Sequence record: NC_106597.1
Length of the DNA: 64,000 bases
Strand: one strand, 5' to 3'
From: Escherichia phage BB1
Below are positions 14,877 to 25,714 of the stretch, piece by piece. The translations under genes were made by a program, and so were the position numbers. Position 1 is the first letter of the stretch. Every line of letters begins with the position of its first letter. A model generated the notes under the pieces. It was given only the letters and a program-made list of their open reading frames with translations, was not told the DNA's origin and ran no database searches.

Positions 14877-15731
14877 TTACACAGTGAATGGATATGCAAT
14901 AGCAGGATGGTGTTCGTAACCACGAACAGTAAAATCATCCTTGCTTACCCAGGTCAATACATCCTCCAGAGTTCTGATATTTGGATTGATTTCTAGGGTA
15001 GGAGGTGCAAAAGGTTCACGATCGAATTGCTTATGCTCCATCAAAACATTATACTGATCCTCATAGATATGAAGATTGATAATCTTCTGGCGTGCAATCC
15101 CTGGTTTAAGGCCTGTAATCTGTGCCATTAATGCTAGAAGCGTGTAGCACTGAACCATGTTAAATACTTGGCCTAATAGGAAGTCATTAGATCTCTGGAA
15201 AGAGTTCAGGTATAATGTATCCCCCAAAATAGAGAACTGATGAGTATGCATACATGGACGTAAGCAACCCTTTGAGAACTCTCCCGGATTCCAGAAGGTT
15301 AGAATTTCCCCACGATCATCAATGCCCTTTTTCAGATTATGATAAATCTTGGCTAGTTGGTCAAACATAAGACCATCGGAATTAGTCCACTGACGTCCTT
15401 GAACACCATAGACTCGTCCCATATCATCCTCACCTTTACGGTATGGATTGTCTAACCAAGCTAAGTTTTCATTTGCATTAGCATTCCATGTGTTAACACC
15501 AATAGCGCGGAATTGTGCTGCTGAATCATACCCACGTAGATACCCAATCATTTCCATTATTGCTTGTTTTGCAAACGCCTTACGAGTAGTAATAAGGGGA
15601 AATTCACCTGCACCTACGTTAAAAGTAAAATCTGCGTCAATAATGGTGAGGCAACGAACCCCTGTTCTAGGATTCGTTACCCACTGACCTTCTGATAGAA
15701 TACGTTTTCCAACTTCGATATACTGATCCAT
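14877..15731 (-). CDS. thyA: thymidylate synthase
   Basis: ThyA signatures incl. active-site region ([10 protein letters not shown]) and [12 protein letters not shown]-terminus. Confidence 0.95.
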   Translation of the reverse strand: MDQYIEVGKRILSEGQWVTNPRTGVRCLTIIDADFTFNVGAGEFPLITTRKAFAKQAIMEMIGYLRGYDSAAQFRAIGVNTWNANANENLAWLDNPYRKGEDDMGRVYGVQGRQWTNSDGLMFDQLAKIYHNLKKGIDDRGEILTFWNPGEFSKGCLRPCMHTHQFSILGDTLYLNSFQRSNDFLLGQVFNMVQCYTLLALMAQITGLKPGIARQKIINLHIYEDQYNVLMEHKQFDREPFAPPTLEINPNIRTLEDVLTWVSKDDFTVRGYEHHPAIAYPFTV

Positions 15732-16264
15732 TAATAAGTAACCAATTCCTGTACAAATCGCAGGCTGTTATCACTGTTTGCGCCAGTTGCGTAAACTAAA
15801 CGAGTAGATTCATAGTTGTAATCTAGAATCGTATTATCCAGATGTACATCTGCCTCTAGTTTTTGATTACTAAAGATTGTGGATACGAAAGCACTTTCAA
15901 TATGCCCATGTTGGTACATTTCTAGAAGAAGACTAGCACCACCTAGAACTACTGTTTGCTGATCTTTTAGAAAAGTAGGTAATGTATCACCTATCATTGA
16001 TATGGGAGTGTAAATATCGTGTGTAATATCGTCTGGCAGTGGACGATCAGCACGAATAAATAGGTCAGAAGCTCCAATCATACGTTCTCTAACGGCATAT
16101 GGAAGAGCTAAATAAGTACCTGCTCCAATAATAATATTATCAGGATTTAGTACATCTAATTGTGAATAAAAAGCATCTAGCTCTTCTTTAAAAGAGCCCC
16201 AGGGAAGCTTACCCCGGAGGCCGAACTCCCCATTCGGCCCAACTGCATACATTGCTGTAATCAT
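15731..16264 (-). CDS. folA: dihydrofolate reductase
   Basis: DHFR fold signature ([15 protein letters not shown]...LPW); translationally coupled to thyA and nrdB. Confidence 0.85.
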   Translation of the reverse strand: MITAMYAVGPNGEFGLRGKLPWGSFKEELDAFYSQLDVLNPDNIIIGAGTYLALPYAVRERMIGASDLFIRADRPLPDDITHDIYTPISMIGDTLPTFLKDQQTVVLGGASLLLEMYQHGHIESAFVSTIFSNQKLEADVHLDNTILDYNYESTRLVYATGANSDNSLRFVQELVTY

Positions 16265-17406
16265 AGGAAATCTCCAAATTCATTGCCCAGATCTTTCAGA
16301 GTATCAGTAGAGGTCTCAGTTACCTGACCTACACGGTAAGCTGCACCAATCTGGATTTCTTGTGGAGCAGGCTGTAGAGAGGTAGTATCCAACCAGTTCA
16401 TAATCCACGGAATAGGGTTTTTGGTAATTACTGGTAAATGACTAGGCCATTCTACACCGATGTGCATAAATGCATTACGCCCCACAAAGTACAGATATTC
16501 TTCTAGAAGTTCTGCATTCAAGCCAATCAGACTACGACCTTTGAAAATGAAATGACCCCATTCAATTTCAGTTTTCAGAGTTTTCAGGAGCTGTGCTGGT
16601 GCTTTAGCCACTGCTTCATCCACCAGGTCTTTGTCAAACTGCTGGAACATAATCTGGATGATTGCTTTAGACATCTGGGTGTGCAGAGCTTCATCTTTAG
16701 CGATTAATTGCAGATTTTTAGCAATACCTTGCAGAATATCGTTCTCTGCTAATGCAAAGGTACATGCAAAGGATGCGTAAAACTGCATTGCTTCCAGACC
16801 ATAGATCGCAAAGTACGCGTCTAATAGTTTAGCCTGAGTTTCACGTTTAACTTCAGGGAACTCAGTTTCTGGATATGTATTGTCGCCACGATGATCGCGT
16901 ACTGCGATGAAATACTGACCTAACTGGTACAGTTCATCGAATAGTTCAACAGAATCAGCGATGCGTGCGAATGCTTCTTGGTTTTTGGTTACAGAATCAA
17001 TAAATTCTGCTGGATCAGTCAGCACATTACGAATAATATTGCTATAAGCACGACTATGTAGGTCTTCAAAATAGCTCCACTGTTTGAGCATACCTTCCAA
17101 TTCTGGACGACTTACAAGCGGCATAATAGCTGCTTCAGGGGCACGACTGATAAAAGAGTCTGTTTGGGTCTGCCATGCTAAGTTCAGGAGTGTGATTTCC
17201 TGAATTTCACGCGGGAGATTAGGCCATTGTTTCTTATCTGCTTCCAGACTGATTTCAGTTTCAGTCCAAAATTGAGAGCGTTGCAGAAGTGCCAGACGTT
17301 CTAGTTCTGGATGTGCTACACGTACATAATCTGCGATACCGAGAGAATCTCCCAGGAAAAGGTCAGCGTTAGTATGGTCCCAATTCAGGTTTAGTAAAGT
17401 AGTCAT
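16261..17406 (-). CDS. nrdB: ribonucleotide reductase class I small (beta) subunit
   Basis: Di-iron/tyrosyl radical protein pattern (E...H, FACTFALAEND); AAGAGGAAAA RBS. Confidence 0.9.
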   Translation of the reverse strand: MTTLLNLNWDHTNADLFLGDSLGIADYVRVAHPELERLALLQRSQFWTETEISLEADKKQWPNLPREIQEITLLNLAWQTQTDSFISRAPEAAIMPLVSRPELEGMLKQWSYFEDLHSRAYSNIIRNVLTDPAEFIDSVTKNQEAFARIADSVELFDELYQLGQYFIAVRDHRGDNTYPETEFPEVKRETQAKLLDAYFAIYGLEAMQFYASFACTFALAENDILQGIAKNLQLIAKDEALHTQMSKAIIQIMFQQFDKDLVDEAVAKAPAQLLKTLKTEIEWGHFIFKGRSLIGLNAELLEEYLYFVGRNAFMHIGVEWPSHLPVITKNPIPWIMNWLDTTSLQPAPQEIQIGAAYRVGQVTETSTDTLKDLGNEFGDFL

Positions 17407-17437
17407 TGATTTTCCTCTTTCTCACTATTTCAGGAAT

Positions 17438-17466
17438 ATTATAACAAATCTGGTAGCGATTAGCAA
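17438..17466 (-). promoter_or_regulatory. early promoter upstream of nrdB (minus sense TTGCTA-17-TATAAT)
   Basis: attata 17438-17443, tagcaa 17461-17466. Confidence 0.6.
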
Positions 17467-17482
17467 GTAAAATTTCAAAGAA

Positions 17483-17508
17483 AAAGGAGACCCGAAGATC
17501 TCCTTATT
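17483..17508 (-). terminator. rho-independent terminator after nrdA (minus sense)
   Basis: Hairpin ggagatcttcgggtctcc followed by TTTTTCTTT in minus sense. Confidence 0.6.
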
Positions 17509-17510
17509 TA

Positions 17511-19844
17511 TTATAATTGGCAACCACCTGATACGCATCCAGCAGCAGCTTCCTCTCCTGCACCTCCACCGTTTGCGGTGTTGAAGTTAGCATAATAGAA
17601 AGTTTTCCACCCGTATTTAACAGCAGTCATGAAATCACGAACTACTACTGGGCCAGGAATAATTTCATTCTCAAACTTGGTGTAGTCATAGTACATATTC
17701 GTACTGATAGACTGACTGAAGAATTTCTGCATAGTTGCTACCCATTTGATCCACTCGATACGATCCACATCATAAGCCAATTTATAGCTCATTAACGTTT
17801 CCCAATCGGTTGCACCTGGAGCAATTGCAATTACTTTATTCACTGCACTACCTTTGATAGATACAATCTTACGAGGCGGTTCAATAGAGTTAGTAACTCC
17901 TAGCAGAACAGAAGAACTTTCTCCCGGCATCTGAGCAGTCAGAACAGAGTTACGCATACCATATTTCAGAATATCTGCACGCAGAGACTCCCAATCCATT
18001 TCTAGACCTACGGATACCAGTTCATCAACAGTTTTCTTATACGTGTCGATTACCAGAGTTCCCTTAGATGGTTTAGTACGATCAAACCACTCACAGGCAC
18101 CCTGCTCTTTAGCCAGGCGTACAGAGGCTTTATGCAGGAAGTAAGACAGTTTTTCAGCCTCACGGTGAATCCAGTTACGGGCTTCAATACCTTCATAAGC
18201 CAGACCTTCTGCTGCCATTGCACCTGCTGCGTTCATTAGGCCAATACCAACATTACGACGTTTCTTAGCCGTATATTCCATAGTTGGGAACGGATAATCC
18301 TGAATTTCAATAATTGTATCAACGAATTTCAGAAGGATGTAGCAAGTTTTTTCCCACTCAGCTAGAGATTCCATGCGTCCAAGTACAACACCACCTAAGT
18401 TACATAGAGATACTTCACCAATATCCTCCGGCTTCATTTGATCAAGCTGCTCTTTTGTCTTATACAGCTCTGTAATATGATGGAACGGGCGTGTAGGCTG
18501 AGTAATTTCAACACAAAGGTTTGTCATACGGATCGGATCAAGGAAGTTACCGTGACGATTAGATTCCCCGATGTGATGAGCATACATACGTCCTGTTTCC
18601 ATTCGGATACGTAGCCAAGTATCTAGGATTTCTTTTGCAGAGACTTTAGGAGCTGCTGGAACTGTTTTTCCTTCATGGTCGATCTTTGTAAGAGATGCCA
18701 CACGTTTCTCCGCTGCCACGTAGATTTCTTCAAATTTAGCCTCGTCATCACTATAAAACGCTTCATGAACTTCTGGAGCATAGAAGTATGACATTAGCGT
18801 AATATCTTCGTTTTTAAGATAACGTTTTAACAAAAGATTGTTAAAGCTCAGAGAATAATCCATCTTATCGATTTTATTCTCATCTGTAGCACGTTGTTGC
18901 TTAACCTGCATCAATTGAATGATTTCAGGGTCGAAGTATGGATAAGACACTGTAGCAGAACCACCACGAGTTTGCTGAGTATTGGCCTTTACTGAGCGGT
19001 CAATGTGTCGATAATATGGCAGTTTTCCGGAATGCGGGAATGCCCCATTTCGCACCGGATCAGCAATTGATCGGCTTTCAAGATGATACCCGATTCCCGC
19101 TCTGGCTGCGACCATTTTGAAGACGATGTGCTCGGCGGTGTCGATTGAATCCAACGTGTCAGTGGAATCCACGAGACAGCAACTAGCAAATCCACGGTCA
19201 CTAGAGCGCAGACCAACCAGTGGCGGCGTAGGAACGTTGATTTTGTGGAGTGACATTGCGTTGTAGAGGTCGATTGCATCTAGAATTGTCCAGTTAGGTT
19301 GAGATAGCATCGCCATTGCCATACCCATGTAGGCAAACTGCGGGGTTTCATAAATTTCACCAGTGGCTATATTACGACGGGAATACTTATCAAAGAACTG
19401 CTTCAGCCCACCACTAGTAAAAAGACGGTCACGATCATGGTCGATAACCTGATTCAGAGCTTCAAATTGCTCATCGGTAATCCATGCACTCATGTCTTCC
19501 CATGCACCTACGCTAACCATGTGGTCATGGAAGAAGCGTAGAGAAGGTGGTTCGAAAGAGTCATAAAGGCGTTTACGCATTTGCGCAAGACGTAATTCCT
19601 TTGCTGGCACATCGTATGCTGGGTTATCTTTGATAAGACTTTCAGCAGCTTTAATTAATGCGTCCATCAGAGTGTCGGAATCTACAACCCCTTTAGGTAG
19701 AGTTTTTTGAGCAGCCATAGTAATGGCGGACCAACTTACATCAACTGTTTTGCAACCATACTCTGCCCAACCATTGAGTTTTTCAGGAGCAAAGTCTTCT
19801 ACAGTACCGTCACGTTTAATTACTTTTTCAATGCGATGGCTCAT
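17511..19844 (-). CDS. nrdA: ribonucleotide reductase class I large (alpha) subunit
   Basis: ATP-cone N-terminus (VIKRDGTVEDF), catalytic core (NLCVEI, CxxxxGxC tail); start moved to MSHRIEKV with AAAAAGGAAAG RBS because a promoter-like element lies inside the longer track ORF. Confidence 0.9.
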   Translation of the reverse strand: MSHRIEKVIKRDGTVEDFAPEKLNGWAEYGCKTVDVSWSAITMAAQKTLPKGVVDSDTLMDALIKAAESLIKDNPAYDVPAKELRLAQMRKRLYDSFEPPSLRFFHDHMVSVGAWEDMSAWITDEQFEALNQVIDHDRDRLFTSGGLKQFFDKYSRRNIATGEIYETPQFAYMGMAMAMLSQPNWTILDAIDLYNAMSLHKINVPTPPLVGLRSSDRGFASCCLVDSTDTLDSIDTAEHIVFKMVAARAGIGYHLESRSIADPVRNGAFPHSGKLPYYRHIDRSVKANTQQTRGGSATVSYPYFDPEIIQLMQVKQQRATDENKIDKMDYSLSFNNLLLKRYLKNEDITLMSYFYAPEVHEAFYSDDEAKFEEIYVAAEKRVASLTKIDHEGKTVPAAPKVSAKEILDTWLRIRMETGRMYAHHIGESNRHGNFLDPIRMTNLCVEITQPTRPFHHITELYKTKEQLDQMKPEDIGEVSLCNLGGVVLGRMESLAEWEKTCYILLKFVDTIIEIQDYPFPTMEYTAKKRRNVGIGLMNAAGAMAAEGLAYEGIEARNWIHREAEKLSYFLHKASVRLAKEQGACEWFDRTKPSKGTLVIDTYKKTVDELVSVGLEMDWESLRADILKYGMRNSVLTAQMPGESSSVLLGVTNSIEPPRKIVSIKGSAVNKVIAIAPGATDWETLMSYKLAYDVDRIEWIKWVATMQKFFSQSISTNMYYDYTKFENEIIPGPVVVRDFMTAVKYGWKTFYYANFNTANGGGAGEEAAAGCVSGGCQL

Positions 19845-19986
19845 TTGGCTTTCCTTTTTATAGTTATCAGGATTTAAGGAATATTCTACTTTATTATCGG
19901 TCATTAGGCAAATAAAATTTTCTGATAGAAAAGGCCCGAGTATTTTCATACCCAGGCCCTGTATATTACCAGTCTAGCTTTTTAGC

Positions 19987-20208
19987 TTATTCAATTACTT
20001 TAGCTCTAGCTACTTCTTTTAATAGAATATCTATGGAGGTGCTCAGCTCGTTATAATTGAATGGTTTATTTGGATTTGAGGTTACAATTTTCCACGCTAG
20101 GGTTGTCTTAGGACTTTCTTCCCCTTCCTTACGTGTAATTATATTAGCAGCACTCAGTGAAGTACGATGTATTTTAGTTTTACGGCTCAGATGAACGACG
20201 TTTCCCAT
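19987..20208 (-). CDS. hypothetical protein (73 aa)
   Basis: Start set at MGNVVHL with GGGGAAGGTG RBS immediately after phoH stop. Confidence 0.45.
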   Translation of the reverse strand: MGNVVHLSRKTKIHRTSLSAANIITRKEGEESPKTTLAWKIVTSNPNKPFNYNELSTSIDILLKEVARAKVIE

Positions 20209-20209
20209 A

Positions 20210-20962
20210 TTACACCTTCCCCATGTCTTTAAAAATGTCATAGAATGCTTTAGACTCAACAGAACGAACGTTATCAATCAATTCGATCATTGAGAATGGA
20301 GCATTTTCATATTTCTCATAAACTTCCATAAGAAGTGCTAGACCTGAGTCACCTTTAATGTCTTTCTGAGCTATATCTCCGCAGATAATTAAACGGCAGT
20401 CTTGTCCTACACGAGTTAGGAGACAAATCATTGCCTCAACGGAAATATTCTGAGCTTCATCGACAATTACATAGGAGTTGTTGAAAGTTCTGCCACGAGC
20501 ATGTTCGATAGCCAAAAATTTAATTTTCTGACGTTCGACATATCCTTTATATGCATGATCGCCGATGGCCCATTTCATACCATCGGCTATTGGCTCCAAC
20601 CAAGGCTCTAGCTTTTCCGCTAGATCACCAGGAAGCATACCAAGAGACTTACCTAGAGGTTCATTAGGACGTACGAGAATCACTTGCTCAATATCTGAGT
20701 GAATGTCTACTAGTTCCTGAGCTGCAAGAACGGACGGAATAAAGGTTTTACCAGTACCTGGCTCACCGATACCCACAGTCACTGTGTTGTTCTTGATCAT
20801 ATTGATATATGATTTTTGCTCGCGGTTTTTACCTACTAGGGATTTAGCAACTGGGTTAGCGTAATCATTAGAAAAATCAGCCTGAATTACGTTATTCTCA
20901 TATTTGTTGCCACGCTTTCTTGAACCATTGCGGTTCTCTCTTTTTTGACGTGCTTTTCCCAT
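20210..20962 (-). CDS. phoH: PhoH-like ATPase
   Basis: Walker A GEPGTGKT, Walker B IVDEAQN; start set at ATG 20962 after AGGAGTG RBS. Confidence 0.9.
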   Translation of the reverse strand: MGKARQKRENRNGSRKRGNKYENNVIQADFSNDYANPVAKSLVGKNREQKSYINMIKNNTVTVGIGEPGTGKTFIPSVLAAQELVDIHSDIEQVILVRPNEPLGKSLGMLPGDLAEKLEPWLEPIADGMKWAIGDHAYKGYVERQKIKFLAIEHARGRTFNNSYVIVDEAQNISVEAMICLLTRVGQDCRLIICGDIAQKDIKGDSGLALLMEVYEKYENAPFSMIELIDNVRSVESKAFYDIFKDMGKV

Positions 20963-21037
20963 AAATAACACTCCTATAGTGTACTTCGCTAACAGAGGAT
21001 CAACAAAAAGATCTTGTTTATCAACTTACAAATATAT

Positions 21038-21066
21038 TATACCAATATATACAGTAAAAAGCAACT
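21038..21066 (-). promoter_or_regulatory. early promoter upstream of phoH (minus sense TTGCTT-17-TATAAT)
   Basis: attata 21038-21043, aagcaa 21061-21066. Confidence 0.6.
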
Positions 21067-21177
21067 ACAATTTTAAATAAGCCTATGATATTGCATTTAA
21101 ATAAAAAATTTGCTTGCTTTTAATGGAAATGTATGGTATTAGATAATCATTTTATACCGCGTACATAGGCGCGTGAT

Positions 21178-21206
21178 TATACTATTTTAAGTACAAAATA
21201 GCAAAT
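21178..21206 (-). promoter_or_regulatory. second early promoter in divergent region (minus sense TTGCTA-17-TATAAT)
   Basis: attata 21178-21183, tagcaa 21201-21206. Confidence 0.55.
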
Positions 21207-21275
21207 AAATTTTTTAACAATTTGCTAACCTTTTAGCACAGATCAAAATACAATATCTAAGAGAAAAATTATATT

Positions 21276-21304
21276 GACATCCGCCCTCGAATGAGTTATA
21301 ATAG
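21276..21304 (+). promoter_or_regulatory. consensus sigma70 promoter (TTGACA-17-TATAAT) upstream of nrdD
   Basis: Perfect -35 and -10 hexamers with 17-bp spacer, about 28 nt upstream of the nrdD start. Confidence 0.7.
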
Positions 21305-21331
21305 TAGTCTTAGTTAGAGAAGGAGGGTGTA

Positions 21332-23206
21332 ATGAATCGTAATGAAGAACTAAAATATAAAGAAATGCAGGCGTTAATTAGAAACTGCAAAGAGATTATC
21401 GAAGGGTCAGCAGACGAAGAACTGCTATTTAATAATGCCAATAAACCCTCAGAACGTTTCCCTACACAAAGGGATATGCTTGCAGGTGAATTGAGTAAGT
21501 ATCTAATTCTAGAAGAAATGCCGATTCAGATTCGAAATGCCCATATGATTGGGGATATTCATTTCCATGATGCTGATTATGCTGCATTAGGTATGACTAA
21601 CTGTTGTCTGGTAGCTCTGGAAGATATGTTGAAGAATGGTATGAAAGTTGGTAATGCTGAAATTAGCACTCCAAACTCTATCACTACTGCGGCGGCTATT
21701 ACTGCTCAGATTATCACTCAAGTTAGCTCCCATCAGTATGGTGGTACTTCTGTAGATCGCCTTGATGAAGTATTAGCCCCTTATGTTCGTAAATCCTATG
21801 ACAAAAATCATGCGTTTGCAAAACGTTGGACTAAGGATGAAGCCAAAGCATCCGTAATGGCTACGGAGATGACTGAGAAAGAAGTCTATGACGCTTGTCA
21901 GGGTTTAGAATATGAAATCAATACCATGTTCAACTCTAATGGTCAGAGTCCATTTATTACCTTTGGTTTTGGTCTAGGAACTTCCTGGGAAGCACGTCTA
22001 GTACAGAAAGCAATACTGAAAGTACGCATGGATGGCTTAGGTATCAATAAACGTACAGCTATCTTCCCGAAACTGGTATTTGTTCTGCGTGATGGCGTAA
22101 ATATGAAACCAGGAGATGTTAATTATGACATCAAGAAGTTAGCTATGAAATGTACTGCTGAACGTATGTATCCAGATTATATCAGCTATGACAAGGTTGT
22201 AGAAGTTACTGGAGACTATAAAGTTTCTATGGGCTGCCGTTCATTCCTAGCTGCTACAGAAGATGGTGAAACTGCTGGTCGTAATAACTTAGGTGTTGTT
22301 TCTGTAAACTTGCCTAGAATTGCTATCGAAGCTGAAGGAAATATTGATCTATTCTTTGATTTGCTTGAGCTACGTGTGGATACAGCGTTAAAAGCATTGG
22401 AGTGGAGAGTTGATCGCTTAAAATACATCCAAGCTAAAGCTGCACCCATCCTCTATATGTCAGGAGCCTTTGGGTTACGCTTGGAGCCTGATGAATATGT
22501 ATTCGATCATTTCTATAACCGTGCTTCTGTATCTCTAGGGTATATTGGTTGCCATGAAATGCTACAGTTCATGTTTGGCAAAGATGTAGACACAATGTCC
22601 GAGACCTGCATCAAGTTTGTTCAGCGTGTATTGCAGTACATGCGAGATAGGGTCGATCAGAAGAAGGAGGAGACTAAGTTAGGTTATAGCCTGTATGCTA
22701 CACCGTCGGAATCCCTATGCGATCGTTTTTGTCGTCTAGACCGTGAATATTTCCCGGAGCATGAAGATATTCTGTCCAAAGGATACTACACTAACTCTCA
22801 CCACCTTGATGTGGAACGTAAAGTTGCTCCCAATGTGAAATTTGATTATGAATCTAACTTTACTCCGATTGCTTCTGGTGGATGTATTTCCTATGTAGAA
22901 CTACCGGATATGAAACGATTCCCAGATGCACTAGAATGGGTTATTAATTATGCTGCTAGTAAAGTTCATTACTTCGGTATTAATACTCCAGTGGATTCTT
23001 GTGGTAAATGTGGATTCTTAGGTGAAACAATAGCATCCGAAGATGGATTTAAGTGCCCTATCTGTGGTAATCATGACCCCGAAACTCTTGAAGTAACTCG
23101 TCGAGTTTGTGGGTATCTTGGAAATCCAGGTGCTCGTCCATTTAACCCAGGCAAACAGCATGAGGTTATGGGCAGGGTGAAACATCAGGATATTCGAGCT
23201 AAATAA
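21332..23206 (+). CDS. nrdD: anaerobic ribonucleoside-triphosphate reductase (class III)
   Basis: C-terminal glycyl-radical motif (RVCGYLG) preceded by Cys cluster (CGKCG...CPICG); AGAAGGAGGGTG RBS. Confidence 0.9.
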   Translation: MNRNEELKYKEMQALIRNCKEIIEGSADEELLFNNANKPSERFPTQRDMLAGELSKYLILEEMPIQIRNAHMIGDIHFHDADYAALGMTNCCLVALEDMLKNGMKVGNAEISTPNSITTAAAITAQIITQVSSHQYGGTSVDRLDEVLAPYVRKSYDKNHAFAKRWTKDEAKASVMATEMTEKEVYDACQGLEYEINTMFNSNGQSPFITFGFGLGTSWEARLVQKAILKVRMDGLGINKRTAIFPKLVFVLRDGVNMKPGDVNYDIKKLAMKCTAERMYPDYISYDKVVEVTGDYKVSMGCRSFLAATEDGETAGRNNLGVVSVNLPRIAIEAEGNIDLFFDLLELRVDTALKALEWRVDRLKYIQAKAAPILYMSGAFGLRLEPDEYVFDHFYNRASVSLGYIGCHEMLQFMFGKDVDTMSETCIKFVQRVLQYMRDRVDQKKEETKLGYSLYATPSESLCDRFCRLDREYFPEHEDILSKGYYTNSHHLDVERKVAPNVKFDYESNFTPIASGGCISYVELPDMKRFPDALEWVINYAASKVHYFGINTPVDSCGKCGFLGETIASEDGFKCPICGNHDPETLEVTRRVCGYLGNPGARPFNPGKQHEVMGRVKHQDIRAK

Positions 23207-23213
23207 GCTAATC

Positions 23214-23246
23214 AGCCAGGTTGCTAGTCGACCTGGCTTTTATTTT
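23214..23246 (+). terminator. rho-independent terminator after nrdD
   Basis: Hairpin agccaggt...acctggct followed by TTTTATTTTATTT. Confidence 0.65.
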
Positions 23247-23248
23247 AT

Positions 23249-23277
23249 TTGCTTTCAGCCAAAAATTTATGTATAAT
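23249..23277 (+). promoter_or_regulatory. early promoter (TTGCTT-17-TATAAT)
   Basis: -35 23249-23254, -10 23272-23277, followed by conserved tttataaatttgagagg leader and RBS. Confidence 0.7.
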
Positions 23278-23305
23278 AGATTTATAAATTTGAGAGGAGA
23301 AAGAT

Positions 23306-23686
23306 ATGGAATTAAAGCCCTATATAGTTGAGTCTACGTGTGGTGGTTTCCATCTTGGTGTAGACGATCTTAGAGAAGCTATTTTTGCATCTACTGGAGA
23401 TTATTCCCATTTAGAGGGTATTGGATATTCATCAATTATTGGTGATTGGGTAGAAACAAATCTAGATGTATCACCGTATAGCTCAGATTGCTTGTTTGAC
23501 GAGGATGAGGATGAAGTAGAACATACTATTGAATTTGTCTATAATAGAGTACTAAAAGTATACCAACGTAGTCCCAAGGGATACGAAGATATTACTAAAG
23601 ATATTAAACAATATCTTAAAGATATATACTCTAGTTTTTCTGACGAAGACCTAGAAACAGTTGCAGTGGAGTTTAATAATGACTAA
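23306..23686 (+). CDS. hypothetical acidic protein (126 aa)
   Basis: ORF with GAGAGGAGAAAG RBS. Confidence 0.55.
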   Translation: MELKPYIVESTCGGFHLGVDDLREAIFASTGDYSHLEGIGYSSIIGDWVETNLDVSPYSSDCLFDEDEDEVEHTIEFVYNRVLKVYQRSPKGYEDITKDIKQYLKDIYSSFSDEDLETVAVEFNND

Positions 23687-23885
23687 GAATGTAAAACACC
23701 TTAAATATCGCTTAATTTACAACGGACGTATGGAAACAGAAGATCTGGCCCAATTAGCTATTAATTCTAATGAGGTTACAGTGCGTGCGCTGGCAATTGA
23801 AAAGTTGCGTGCCTCTTATGAAAATCGTGTTATGGAACTAGAGGAGAAACTTTATGGCATTCTCGAAGCCGATGCTACCAGATAA
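23679..23885 (+). CDS. hypothetical small protein (68 aa)
   Basis: Start set at MTKNVKH with GGAG RBS. Confidence 0.4.
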   Translation: MTKNVKHLKYRLIYNGRMETEDLAQLAINSNEVTVRALAIEKLRASYENRVMELEEKLYGILEADATR

Positions 23886-24075
23886 GGGTTTAAACGCCGC
23901 TTTGGAAAACGCATTAATGCAGCGCTGGGAAACTGGCTATAAGGATGGTGTTGAATCCTGCGCTACTATGCTAGAAGTTATTGCTAATACCTTAAGGGAG
24001 AAAGGCAATAAAGAATTAGCTGAGCTATTAGACAGTATTGGGCAAAACTTCAGAGAACAGGTGAAAAATGCGTAG
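23854..24075 (+). CDS. hypothetical small protein (73 aa)
   Basis: ORF with GAGGAGAAAC RBS. Confidence 0.5.
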   Translation: MAFSKPMLPDKGLNAALENALMQRWETGYKDGVESCATMLEVIANTLREKGNKELAELLDSIGQNFREQVKNA

Positions 24076-24883
24076 ATTAATTATTATTAGCGGTGCAGGT
24101 TTGAGTGTTGAAAGTGGTGTACGAGCTTTTCGTACTGATACTGCTAGTGGTAAAGCATTGTGGGATGATTATGATCTAGAAGAAGTATGTAATATTCATG
24201 CCTTTCGTGGTAATTTTTATCATAAAACCCATATGTTTTACAACAAGCGTCGTGAAGAGCTAAAAACTGTTGAACCCAATCTTGCGCATTTGCGTATTGG
24301 TGAATGGTATAAACAATATCCAGGTCAAGTAGTAAACTTGACTACCAACGTTGATGACCTTATTGAGCGTGCTGGAGTATCAAAAGAAGACATACTCCAT
24401 ATTCATGGGTACCTGAAAGAAATTATAGTAGAGCACGCATTCGACCAGACACGTGATATTATTGATATTGGGTATAGCTCTATTGACCCCGATGACTTTG
24501 ACTGGGTTAAACCTAATGTAATCTTCTTTGGAGAGCATGCTCCAGCGTACAAAACAATGTATGAGATTTTTGATGGCATTACCGGTCAAGATATGATCAT
24601 TGTGGTTGGTTGCTCTAACCAAGTAATTAACTTCTACTGGGAATTATTTCCTGTTCTTAATTTGACTGCTGCGAAACTTATGGTTGTTAACTACTATGAT
24701 AGTGCCCTCGCGGCGGAACCGGGCTATCAAGGTATGACTCGTAGTGAGATGTACCAGCTGGAAGAACGCGGTATACCTTACTGGAGTAAAGGTGCGGTAG
24801 ATGCTTTCAGTGATCCTGATTTTATTGCTCGTGTAGAAGCTCATTTAGAGGGTAGACCCTATGTGTCGGGAAGCAAGAAATAA
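24068..24883 (+). CDS. Sir2 (sirtuin)-family NAD-binding protein, no zinc ribbon
   Basis: Sirtuin motifs GAGLSVESGVRAFR, TTNVDDL, HIHG, PNVIFFGE; no CxxC...CxxC zinc module. Confidence 0.7.
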   Translation: MRRLIIISGAGLSVESGVRAFRTDTASGKALWDDYDLEEVCNIHAFRGNFYHKTHMFYNKRREELKTVEPNLAHLRIGEWYKQYPGQVVNLTTNVDDLIERAGVSKEDILHIHGYLKEIIVEHAFDQTRDIIDIGYSSIDPDDFDWVKPNVIFFGEHAPAYKTMYEIFDGITGQDMIIVVGCSNQVINFYWELFPVLNLTAAKLMVVNYYDSALAAEPGYQGMTRSEMYQLEERGIPYWSKGAVDAFSDPDFIARVEAHLEGRPYVSGSKK

Positions 24884-25036
24884 TGAATGGGATATTTTTA
24901 TAACTGAGTCTGGCACTTGGTGTTATAGGTTTGCCTACAGATTTCCCAGTGTAAGAAAACGGTTGGGATACACGTATAAAATTATCTATACTACTGATAA
25001 TATATGGTTATCATCTGGGGAAGAGGAGAAACAGAT

Positions 25037-25219
25037 ATGTCCATAGTTAAATCTGTGTATACACATCCCGAGGATATATTTGTATGGGCAGATGGTAGTT
25101 GGTGCTATAGATGTGAGTTATGGGAAATGGACTATAAATCTGATGACTATGGTGTCATATATGTTGATACGGTTGAGTATGATACGTTCTTAGAAAGGAA
25201 CAAAAATGGAAATAAGTAA
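25037..25219 (+). CDS. hypothetical small protein (60 aa)
   Basis: Start set at MSIVKSVY with GAAGAGGAGAAAC RBS. Confidence 0.45.
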   Translation: MSIVKSVYTHPEDIFVWADGSWCYRCELWEMDYKSDDYGVIYVDTVEYDTFLERNKNGNK

Positions 25220-25712
25220 TACTCCAATTATTTTTCTAGATATTGATGGGGTGCTCAATTCGAGCATCTCCCACCATCATGCACCTGATGACGAAAAGAT
25301 TTTCTTTGGAAGTGACTGGGTTTTCAAACCGCTTCTCAAGGCTTTTCAGGACTTTATTCGTCCTTCTCCGATAATGATTGTTGGAGTATCCTCATGGTTC
25401 TCTGTCAGGAATGAGATGGAGAACGTTCAGATTATGACCGGATTAGGCCTTATTGATCGTTTTCTTGGTACAACGGATTTTACTGGTGGTGGGCTATCTA
25501 GGGGTAATTCTGTTCTTCGCTTCGTTGAAAAGCACAAGCTCAAACACTGGTGTGTGCTGGATGATGCTGGTGCTATGATGTATCAGTATCCAACAGTTAT
25601 AGTTAATGGTAGAACTGGGATAAATCTTCAAGATTTAAGAGCTGTTAGCTATATGTTAGAATTTAGTCCAGATCTTGAAATGTGTAAAGCCCTACAACAA
25701 TTTAAGGTGTAA
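25206..25712 (+). CDS. HAD-superfamily phosphatase-like protein
   Basis: HAD motif I FLDIDGVLN and downstream VLDD; AAAGGAAC RBS. Confidence 0.65.
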   Translation: MEISNTPIIFLDIDGVLNSSISHHHAPDDEKIFFGSDWVFKPLLKAFQDFIRPSPIMIVGVSSWFSVRNEMENVQIMTGLGLIDRFLGTTDFTGGGLSRGNSVLRFVEKHKLKHWCVLDDAGAMMYQYPTVIVNGRTGINLQDLRAVSYMLEFSPDLEMCKALQQFKV

Positions 25713-25714
25713 AT

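Noticed and set aside
19845-19949. Longer N-terminus for NrdA starting at 19949
   Set aside because: No RBS at 19949 and a promoter-like element lies within the extension; the start at 19844 has a good RBS and gives a typical NrdA N-terminus.
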